NCBI RefSeq assembly: GCF_963921235.1
Contig: NC_086108.1
Coordinates: 22,134,001 to 22,198,000, forward strand
DNA length: 64,000 nucleotides
Reading direction: 5' to 3'
Source: Mobula hypostoma
Lineage: Eukaryota
In this document: piece after piece, positions 53,936 to 64,000 of the stretch
Layout: each line of letters starts with the position of its first letter
How positions within the stretch are numbered: the first letter of the stretch is position 1
The notes under the pieces: model-generated
Seen by the model: only the letters and a program-made list of their open reading frames with translations
Database searches by the model: none
What the model was told of the DNA's origin: nothing
Translations under genes and position numbers: made by a program

Positions 53936-54812
53936 TGATGTGCAGCAATTGCAATCTCCAACTCAAGAAAACGTTGAAGTGTTTTTACAGAGCAAGCAGC
54001 ACTTTCCAGGTCAGCCAGCCTCCACACACAGTATGACGTACTCTGACAGGGATGAAGAAGAGTCCGCTCTACATAACGGCAGGAGTGTATCACTCGTGGA
54101 TCTGCAGAGCACAGCTGTAACTCAAGGGACAAATAGTGTTCCTGTTGTTTCCAGTGTACAGGTCCGGCAACTTGGCAGCCAGGCTTCAATTACACATACA
54201 GCAAACATCAAGCAGCTGCGAGAGTTGCAGAGTGGGGCACAGAGTGCTCCTCAAATCCGTAGGCCTTTGCATCCAGCTCTGAACCAACAGAGCAGCCTTC
54301 AACCTCTGTCTTTCCAAAACCCTGTTTACCAACTGAACAACCCTCCAGCAGGAAGCAGTAAAACTGGCATGGACTCCAGTTCTGAAAACCTGAGTTCCAC
54401 AAGCTCCCGGAGCCATACCAACAGCGAGGAGCTGATCAGCAAACTGAGTGGCCCCAGTAATAGCAGCATTGAGGATTTTGCCAAACGCAGCGCATACAGT
54501 GAAGACTACTCCAAACGACACACCATGCCAGACAGGAACAATCTTCCCGTAGCATTGCCACGGCAGAACAGCATTGGGCATTCACAGCTCCGCAGGACAG
54601 ATTTGTCAGGTTCCAGCAGTCGAGCAAAAGCATCACATTTGTTACCTCTTAGTTTGTCACAGAGAAGCACTGGGAGCATAACAGGATTAGCATCTACATC
54701 ACCCGAGCCACCACACAATGAAAACCGCTCACGACAACCATCAACTTCTTCAAAAGGAGAAAGTCCGGTGCCCAAAGTCCGGGCAGTACATAGGCAGCAG
54801 CAGGCACACCAG
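53936..54812 (+). CDS. RASAL2: RASAL2 large Ser/Pro/Gln-rich exon, 877 bp
   Basis: tttatttcag|TGAT...CACCAG|gtgaga; open frame throughout; contains NGRSVSLVDLQ, PLSFQNPVY, LPRQNS and ESPVPKVRA; phase 2-0. Confidence 0.94.
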
Positions 54813-55790
54813 GTGAGAAAGCCTCTAAGCTAGGGGTTGCCAACCTAGTGCCCATGGACCCCTTGCTTAATGATATTGGTCCATGGCATAAAAAAGGTTG
54901 GGAGCCCCTGCTCTAAGCTATTGACACTGTGTAGCACCTGTTTTTTTTATCAGCTGTTTTGTTTATCGACTTTACTGAGAGCTCCATCCTGATGAATATG
55001 TTGGTTTCTGCTGGGGTGCTGTTCTGCAGATGCTTCACTTAAACTGCTAGTGTGAGAACCATCAGGCTAGTTCTCAGAAGCAGCTGGTGCTGCCCTCAGC
55101 ACCAGTTGCTTTTGTGTGGTTAAAGTTGATTAGCAGCAGCAAGAAGGAACTTTTGATGGTTTTCATTTCGTATATTTCCTGGTTCTGCTGTTCTCTCATT
55201 GATGTGCATCCTCATTCTCTAAAGAAGTGGCATAGTGCCTGGTCTGGGTCTGGAAATTTGACCCAGGTGCAGCAGTGCTGAGCTAAAAATGAAGTTACAG
55301 CACTGCTTCTTGTACTTAATTCCCATTACACCTGGTTTGAGAATAGGAAGAGGTTATTCATGCCAAAAACAGCCCTCCAGTACTAGCATTCTTCAGTTGG
55401 ATGACCATAACAGATTCCCTCTCCTTCACAAACTTCACAATGCATTGAGAAAATTTAATGTTAATATAAATATGTAAATCTGTACTTGTAATTTTGTCAA
55501 CAATAAGCTCCATATTCTAAGGAGAACATTAGCTGTTTCCACTAGAATATTCTGCTTCATTCTTGTGAACATCAATTACCTGAGACAGTGATAATTACAA
55601 AATATTTCCTACATTTCTTTGGCATTGGTTTCTTCATTTGCAGCCAGTGTGTAGTCCTGTTACTTGGAGTAACACAGTGAGGACAAGAGCATAACTGCAA
55701 GACAATGTCTGATGCTTGAGCCTGTAGATTGTGATTGTGACACTGACAGTGTGCAAGTTTGAGTTAGTCCTCTGACTTTATTCATTGAAG

Positions 55791-55922
55791 GTTCAGTCAC
55801 CGGTTGAGACTGCCACAATGTCACCAGTGGAAAGGACCGCTGCCTGGGTTCTAAATAATGGACAGTACTTAGAGGATGACGAGACAGACCAAACTCAGGA
55901 GGAGAGCAAACACGCAGAAAAG
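55791..55922 (+). CDS. RASAL2: RASAL2 exon preceding the C-terminal coiled coil, 132 bp
   Basis: ttcattgaag|GTT...AAG|gtatga; VQSPVETATMSPVERTAAWVLNNGQYLEDDETDQTQEESKHAEK; not in the ORF track. The next exon was not found before the window end. Confidence 0.93.
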
Positions 55923-56072
55923 GTATGATAAAATTTGCTTGCTCAACAAATTAACATTATGGAATGAGGAATCTTGATAAAAATGACTTTTTTTTGCAAA
56001 TTAGTAGTAGCAAAGTTCACATGAAGAAAGAAAAAAATCAGGCTGTTTCCAGGACACAACATTATGCAGCTT

Positions 56073-59000
56073 TCAGCTTAAGAAGGAAATTAGGAGAGCC
56101 AGAAGGGGCCATGAGAAGGCTTTGGCGGGCAGGATTAAAGAAAACCCCAAGGCATTCTACAAGTATGTGTAGAGCAAGAGGATAAGACGTGAGAGAATAG
56201 GACCTATCAAGTGTGTCAGTGGGAAAGTGTGTATGGAACTGGAGGAAATAGCAGAGGTACTTAATGAATACTTTACTTCAGTATTCACTGTGGAAAAGGA
56301 TCTTGGTGATTGTAGGGATGACTTGTAGCAGACTGAAAAGCTTGAGCATGTAGATATTAAGGAAGAGGATGTGCTGAAGCTTTTGGAAAGCATCAAGTTG
56401 GATAAGTCGCTGGGACCGGATGAGATGTACCCCAGGCTACTGAGGGAGGAGATTGCTGAGCCTCTGGCGATGATCTTTGAATCATCAATGGGGACGAGAG
56501 AGGTTCCGGAGGATTGGAGGGCTCGGGATGTTGTTCCTTTATTCAAGAAAGGGAGTAGAGATAGCCCAGGAAATTATAGACCAGTGAATCTTACCTCAGT
56601 GGTTGGTAAGTTGATGGAGAAGATCCTGAAAGGCAGGGTCTATGAACATTTGGAGAGGTATAATATGATTAGGAATAGTCAGCATGGCTTTGTCGGTAGT
56701 AGGTAAGTTATTGGAGGGAGTACTAAGAGACAGAATCTACAAGCATTTGGATAGACAGGGGCTTATTAGGGAGAGTCAACATGGCTTTGTGCGTGGTAGG
56801 TCATGTTTGACCAATCTATTGGAGTTTTTCGAGGAGGTTACCAGGAAAGTGGATGAAGGGAAGGCAGTGGATATTGTCTACATTGACTTCAGTAAGGCCT
56901 TTGACAAGGTCCCGCATGGGAGGTTAGTTAGGAAAATTCATTCGCTAGGTATACATGGAGAGGTGGTAAATTGGATTAGACATTGGCTGAATGGAAGAAG
57001 CCAAAGAGTGGTAGTAGAGAATTGCTTCTCCGAGTGGAGGCCTGTGACTAGTGGTGTGCCACAGGGATCAGTGCTGGGTCCATTGTTATTTGTCATCTAT
57101 ATCAATGATCTGGATGATAATGTGGTAAATTGGATCAGCAAGTTTGCTGATGATACAAAGATTGGAGGTGTAGTAGACAGTGAGGAAGGTTTTCAGAGCC
57201 TGCAGAGGGACTTGGACCAGCTGGAAAATGGGCTGAAAAATGGCAGATGGAGTTTAATACTGACAAGTGTGAGGTATTGCACGTTGGAAGGACAAACCAA
57301 CGTAGAACATACAGGGTTAATGGTAAGGCACTGAGGAGTGCAGTGGAACAGAGGGATCTGGGAATACAGATACAAAATTCCCTAAAAGTGTTGTCACAGG
57401 TAGATAGGGTCGTAAAGAGAGCTTTTGGTACATTGGCCTTTATTAATCAAAGTATTGAGTATAAGAGCTGGAATGTTATGATGAGGTTGTATAAGGCATT
57501 GGTGAGGCCGAACCTGGAGTATTGTGTTCAGTTTTGGTCACCAAATTACAGGAAGGATATAAATAAGGTTGAAAGAGTGCAGAGAAGGTTTACAAGGATG
57601 TTGCCGGGACTTGAGAAACTCAGTTACAGAGAAAGGTTGAATAGGTTGGGACTTTATTTCCTGGAGCGTAGAAGAATGAGGGGAGATTTGATAGAGGTAT
57701 ATAAAATTATGATGGGTATAGATAGAGTGAATGCAAGCAGGCTTTTTCCACTGAGGCAAGGGGAGAAAAAAACCAGAGAACATGGGTTAAGGGTGAGGGG
57801 GGAAAAGTTTAAAGGGAACATTAGGGGGGGCTTCACACAGAGAGTGGTGGGAGTATGGAATGAGCTGCCAGACGAGGTGGTAAATGCGGGTTCTTTTTTA
57901 ACATTTAGAATAAATTGGACAGATACATGGCTGGGAGGTGTATGGAGGGATATGGTCCGTGTGCAGGTCAGTGGGACTAGGCAGAAAATGGTTCGGCACA
58001 GCCAAGAAGGGCCAAAAGGCCTGTTTCTGTGCTGTAGTTTCTATAGTTTCTATGGAAGGCCATGCCTTATGAGCCTGATTGAATTTTTTGAGGATGTGAC
58101 TAAACACATCGATGAAGGAAGAGCAGTAGATGTAGAGCATACGGATTTCAGCAAGGCATTTGATAAGGTACCCCATGCAAGGCTTATTGAGAAAGTAAGG
58201 AGGCATGGGATCGAAGGGGACATTGCTTTGTGGATCCAGAACTGGCTTGCCCACAGAAGACAAAGAGTGGTTGTAGACGGGTCATATTCTGCATGGAGGT
58301 CGGTCATTAGTGGAGTGCCTCAGGGATCTGTTCTGGGACCCTTACTCTTCATGATTTTTATAAATAACCTGGATGAGGAGGTGAAGGGATGGGTTAGTAA
58401 GTTTGCTGATGACACAAAGGTTGGAGGTGTTGTGGATAATGTGGAGGGCTGTCAGAGTTTACAGCGGGACATTGATAGGATGCAAAACTGGGCTGAGAAG
58501 TGGCAGATGGAGTTCAACCTAGATAAGTGTGAAGTGGTTCACTTTGGTAGGTCATATATGATGGCAGAATATAGTATTAATGGTAAGACTCTTGGCAGTG
58601 TGGAGGATCAGAGGGATCTTGGGGTCTGAGTCCATAGGACGCTCAAAGCATCTATGGTTGACAGAATCAAAGGTTGACTCTGTGGTTAAGAAGGCATACG
58701 GTGTACTGGCCTTCATTAATCATGGAATTGGATTTAGGAGCCGAGAGGTAATGTTGCAGCTATATAGGACCCTGATCAGACCCCACTTGAGTACTGTGCT
58801 CAGTTCTGGTCGCCTCACTACAGGAATGATATGGAAGCTATAGAAAGGGTGCAGAGGAGATATACAAGGATGTTGCCTGGATTGGGGAGCATGCCTTATG
58901 AGAATAGATTGAGTGAACTCAGCCTTTTCTCCTTGGAGTGACGGAGGATGAGAGGCGACCTGAAAGAGATGTATAAGATGATGAGAGGCATTGATCGTGT

Positions 59001-59186
59001 GGATAGTCAGAGGTTTTTTCCCAGGGCTGAAATGGTTGCCACAAGAGGATACAGGTTTAAGGTGCTGGGGAGTAGGTACAGAGGAGATGTCAGGGGTAAG
59101 TTTTTTACTCAGAGAGTGGTGAGTGCGTGGAATGGGCTGCCGGCTGCGGATATGATAGAGTCTTTTAAAAGACTTTTGGATAGGTA
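56073..59186 (+). mobile_element. CR1-type LINE (outer element of a nested pair)
   Basis: LDKSLGPDEMYPRLL...NYRPVNLTSVVGK...SQHGFV breaks at 56694 and resumes near 58056 with RPCLMSLIEFFEDVT...DFSKAFDKVPH...FADDTKVGG. Confidence 0.92.
56695..58055 (+). mobile_element. CR1-type LINE (inner, 5'-truncated, different subfamily)
   Basis: Begins VVGKLLEGVLRDRIY, carries a complete set of RT motifs and ends in its own tail ctgtgctgtagtttctatagtttctatg. Confidence 0.92.
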
Positions 59187-59590
59187 TATTTGAAGTCAGA
59201 AGTTTACATACATCTTAGCCAAATACATTTAAACTCAGTTTTTCACAATTCCTGACATTTAATCCTAGAAAACATTCCCTGTCTTAGGTCAGTTAGGATC
59301 ACCTTTTTAAGAATGTGAAATGTCAGAATAATAGTTGCGAGAATGATTTATTTCAGCTTTTATTTCTTTCATCACTTTCTTAGTGGGTCAGAAGTTTACA
59401 TACACTTTGTTAGTATTTGCCTTTAAATTGTTTATCTTGGGTCAAACATTCTGGGTAGCCTTCCACAAGCTTCTCACAATAAGTTGCTGGAATTTTGTTT
59501 CATTCCTCCAGACAGAACTGGTGTAACTGAGTCAGATTTGTAGACCTCGTTGCTCGCACACACTTTTTCAGTTCTGTCCACAAATTTTCT
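59187..59590 (-). mobile_element. Second Sleeping Beauty-like fragment (right ITR plus transposase 3' end)
   Basis: ta|tatttgaagtcagaagtttacatacatcttagccaaatacatttaaactc...; collinear with 41976-42378. Confidence 0.9.
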
Positions 59591-62500
59591 TTAGCCAGAG
59601 AGTGGTGAATCTCTGAAATTCTTTGCCACAGGCAGCTGTGGAGGCCAAGTCTTTATGTATATTTAAGGCAGAGTTTGATAGATTCTTGATTGGTCATGGC
59701 TTGAAGGGATGCAGGAGACTGGGGCTGAGGAAAATTGGGTCACCCATGATGTGGAGCAAACAACCAAATGGCCAAATTCTGCTCCTATATTTATGGTCGT
59801 ATGATAAGGTGGACTCTTAACTTCACAATACCATGTCATTGCTTTGTACCTTATTGTCTGCCTGCAATGCACCTTCTCTGTAACTAAAGCACTATATTCT
59901 ACATTGTTATTGTTTTTCTCTTGTACTACCTCAATGTACTTGCGTAATGAAATTTTTATGGATAGCATGCAAAACAAAGTTTTTCTTTGTACCTTGGTAC
60001 TTATGACAATAATCAACCAATTTATTTACTTAAGTGCTGAACTTGAAACCTTTTAGATTTTGTGATCCTAGGAAGTTCATTCATCTTTCTCAGGGGACCA
60101 TTTCCCCTGCGCCCTTGACAAAGCCATAAAAAGCTAACAAACTCCACTGAGTATCACTCTTTAATCATGTCTTATGTTCAAGTTTAATTGTCGTTCAGCC
60201 ATACATGAACTCCATGGATACAGCCAAATGGGACAGCAGTACTCCAGAGCCAGGGTTCAAAGCACAGTATCAACAGTCACACACACAACAAGGCACATAA
60301 AGCACATATAAAATAGCAAGCCGTATTCGCTACCAGTAAAATACAGTCACAGAAAAAAAAAGTCCATGCTCCTGAGACCATGAACATCGGGGCACTCTGT
60401 AATCGAACACAATATGGGTGTCTTCTGCTGAGCAAACAATGGGGGCCACATCAACTCCAGCTTGGCTGGCCATCGTGCTGCAGTGACTCTGGCGCTTCTC
60501 TCCTGGGCAACCGCAAATAGGCAATATCACACATCCTCACTACGACCTAAGCCATGCAGCTCCCCTCCCATGCCAATAAATCAGTGAATTGAACTTGCAG
60601 CATTCCGTATTAACAATGTCCAATGGGGTCTTGCGGCCACAAGAAAAGCGCCTAAGGTGATCATTCATTGTTGGACTGCACACTGCCTTCATTCACCGAC
60701 TGCTTCGATGCCACTCTGACGCAGGCAGCAGCACAGTCCGTACCATGTGTAGTTCTTTCAGTTGCTTTGCCAATGAGCAACTCCTTGAAGGGGTAGACCT
60801 GCAGTACTTTAAGTTCTTGATGACCAGCTGGATTTTGAGATCATAAAAAATACATTTAAAAAGGACAGCAACACACACAAAACACTGGAGGAACTTAGCA
60901 GCCCAGGCAATAACATCTTTTAATTCTCACTGAAAGATTTACCCAAGGAGTCACTGTTCTGATGTCAATGATAGCAGTGGCATTTCCCTTCTTAAATATG
61001 TTGTCGCAAGTCCATCTTTGTCCATCTGCATCAACAAACCAAGAGCTTTTAAAATGAATAGATCGACATATCTAAACTTTAGTTGGACCTCTGACCAGGG
61101 CTTTTTTATTGCAGGGTAGCATCTGGAAAGGTTTGTTTAACCCCGCACCCCCAAATTTCTACAGTCTTATCCGTGATTTATCTTGCAGTAGCAAGACTAT
61201 ATTTCTGGGGGTATGTATCAGATCTAGTTAAAATGCATTTAATAACATTTGACTTGGTGAAAGGACTGAAATCTTTAATCCAATCATTGGAGTTAATGTC
61301 TTCTTTAAAATAGTTTACCCCAACCCCTTGCTGAGGCAAACACACCCAGTACACAAACTCTTTATCTGTCAGTTAAGTTCCTCGAAACAATGACATTACT
61401 CTGAGGTTCCCCAACTTAAACACTCTCTGAATTTGTACCATTATTATCAAGTTGCTTGAATCCCACGTTCTATCTAATTTAATCTGATAAATCAGTCCCT
61501 GTAAACTTAAACAAAGTTTATGAGTGGCTTTAGTAAATCTTTTCAATATTCTTATTATAGTTCTGGGTATTGGGATTTTCAATTTTAGAATTTCTAGAAC
61601 AATCCCCTTCATCCCAAACATCACATACTTTTGTTCAGAAGTCCAAAAGTTCCTTTTACTGTCAGAGAATGTATACAATATACAACCTAAAATTCTTGTT
61701 CTTCGCAGACATCCATGAAATCAGAAGAGTGCTCTAAAGAATGAGTGTCAATAAAAACGTTAGAACCCCAAAGTCCCCCACTTCAGCAAAAAAAAGCATC
61801 AGCACCCTCCACCAGACAAGCAAATAATAGTAAAGCCCCTAAGAAAGACCGTGATCTCCAATACAACAAAAACTAATTATTGTTCACCAGACAGTCCAAC
61901 ATACCACAGGCTCATTCTCCCCTTTCATAGTGAGAGAGGAGACAAACAACTTGCTGATTACAGTGTAAAAGTCTACTGCGTCACTTCTTTTTCCCTGAGT
62001 TCTCTGACTTGAGAAACTCTCCCCCACCAACAAGAGAAAGGGAGACTGTGCGTGATTCACCAAGTTATATCTCCTGTTTTCTCACACGATGCTTTAGTCG
62101 GTGGCATGGGCATAGAATCAGCTCGTCCCTAGGGCCACAAAGCCTTGGAACCCCGAATACCTGCTTGTCTTCTAGGCCATGTCCTTGGGATATCAAAAAA
62201 TGGCCAGTCATGGGTCCCCAGGAGCAGGTCCCCAAAAGCTTATTGTTAATACAGGAAGGTTGATGTGAAAAATAAAATGATGCTCTTCATGTTTCATCTT
62301 CCATTTCTTGCTATTGTTTTAAATAAAACTCATATTTTGGACCATCACAGGAAACGCTTCTTAGTATTCGCTCTAAACTTGTCCTACTGCAAACCATTTC
62401 CACAATTTTTAAGCTTTATAGCCATGCCCTTAGAATATCCTGTTGCTAATTAATGCACCATTATGAGCAAAGACAAGTGCTGCACGTGACATGTCAAAAC

Positions 62501-62785
62501 CATTGAGATAAAAACCATTCCCATTTTGCTGTAACAAGCAATAAAATGTCCATTATGGAATTAAATAAAATGGTTGAAAGCTGATTGTCCTGCTTAATTC
62601 CACTTTGATTGAAGTGGGAGCACTCTCATGGGTCCTTCCTTTGGGAAAAAGAGTGGAACATATGGAATATAGATCTAAAACTAACCCTATAAAATCCTTG
62701 CAGACCCCTAACAGGCATAATGTCTTGCTAATTAGTTTGTGTTAAACCAAATCAAAGGCTTTTGCCAAGTCAATTAAAAAAAATT

Positions 62786-63145
62786 AGGATGAGAGGAAAC
62801 ATGATAGAGGTACACAAAATATTAAGAGGAATAGATAGAGTGGACAGCCAACGCCTCTTCCCCAGGGCACCACTGCTCAGTACAAGAGGACGTGGTTTTA
62901 AGGTAAGGGGTGGGAAGTTCAAGGGGGATATTAGAGGAAGGTTTTTTACTCAGAGAGTGGTTGGTGCATGGAATGCACTGCCTGAGTCAGTGGTGGAGGC
63001 AGATACACTCGTGAAGTTTAAGAGACTACAAGACAGGTATATGGAGGAATTTAAGGTGGGGGATTATATGGGAGGCAGGGTTTAAGGGTCGGCACAACAT
63101 TGTGGGCCAAAGGGCCTGTACAGTGCTGTACTATTCTATGTTCTA
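62786..63145 (+). mobile_element. CR1-type LINE 3' end
   Basis: RMRGNMIEVHKILRG...RGRFFTQRVVGAWN; tail ctgtactattctatgttcta. Confidence 0.88.
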
Positions 63146-63541
63146 AACTGTGGTAATTTTTAAAATTCTTTTTAGACCCGGTTAAAAAATTATTTAAAAT
63201 AGCAATATCCTGATTGCTGCCAGGGGTTGCCATAAAGAAACTATTTTTGCTGTTCATTAGTTAAGATGATCTTGTCTTCATGTGAGAATTTCAGCCAAAG
63301 TTTTCAATGCATTAGACCTAATTGTTATTCAGTAACTCCAAGCAGGAATTTCAGCTTTTAGTATCCCATCTATCCACAAGGTACCTAGTCTTGTTTACTA
63401 ACTACAACAGACAAATACTAGAAATAGAACCTTAATGTAGTTGAGGTTCTGGTTCCAGTTCTTTGTGTGACTCAACAGTTATTTATCAAACCTGTATGCC
63501 TCCTATTAATGTTGGCTATGTGCCTTTTACCTGTAGATTTA

Positions 63542-64000
63542 GGCTACGTCCACACTACGCTGGATAATTTTGAAAACGAAGCTTTTTCTCTTCGTTTTGA
63601 CCCTCCATCCACACTAAAGCGGCGGTTTCATCCCCCGAAAACGGAGATTTTCAGAAACGGTCTCCAGAGTGAATAAATCTGAAAACACCTAATATCCTTT
63701 GTAGTGTGTACAGGGTAAACGGAGAGATTTAAAAACGCTGTCATGACAACACCACAACAACAATGCTTTTTCTGCTTCTGCTTGGTACTGCGCAAGCACT
63801 GCCGTACGGCTGTTATAACGCACAGTCGGTGTGAATGGCATGAGAGTTAAATTGTAAAGTGAGCTTTTTTGACTATTTAAAAACGCTGTCATGACGTGCC
63901 GGAACAGATAGCCGCAGCACGGCATTTCATTGTTTTCTTGAACACAACCCCCCACACAACCTAACAATTTCAGAACAGACGGCAACGAGACTGAAGCCAG
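63542..64000. mobile_element. Probable PIF/Harbinger-like DNA transposon end (runs off the window)
   Basis: tta|ggctacgtccacactac start, repeated tccacact/agtgtg and gaaaacg subterminal motifs, abrupt rise in CpG content. Confidence 0.55.

Noticed and set aside
53932..54775. Antisense ORFs overlapping the large exon
   Set aside because: Short shadow frames of coding sequence with no recognisable motifs.
57247..58629. 460-aa ORF, the longest in the track
   Set aside because: Chimeric read-through from the inner CR1 C-terminus and tail into the outer CR1 RT; the domains are out of order, so it is not a gene.
60170..62230. Probable additional non-autonomous repeats
   Set aside because: LINE-like tails are visible, but family and boundaries cannot be supported by eye.

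Overview
Eukaryotic (vertebrate) genomic DNA, not prokaryotic. The window lies inside one + strand gene, a SynGAP-family Ras GTPase-activating protein best matching RASAL2. Ten internal coding exons (1765-55922) splice in frame through canonical AG/GT sites and encode the end of the PH domain, the C2 domain, the RasGAP domain and the Ser/Pro-rich tail. The start and stop codons lie outside the window. The introns are full of decayed transposable elements: CR1-type LINEs (one nested pair), Rex1/Babar LINEs, Penelope-like elements, tRNA-derived SINEs, Tc1/mariner elements and MITEs, a solo LTR and a Gypsy element with a PNMA-like gag. This repeat landscape suggests a cartilaginous fish, probably a ray (inference). 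Most notable observations: (1) a dispersed family of minimal type-I hammerhead ribozyme motifs in Penelope terminal repeats, including a 99-bp unit with an intact core flanked by a perfect 12-bp direct repeat; (2) a transposon very close to Sleeping Beauty that carries a right end at both termini, a horizontal-transfer candidate; (3) a candidate in-frame 6-nt microexon in the PH domain; (4) a distant branch point with a 193-nt AG-free zone, a YCAY cluster and tandem acceptors upstream of the post-GAP exon. All family assignments are from memory of known sequences. No database searches were run, and repeat boundaries are approximate unless stated.
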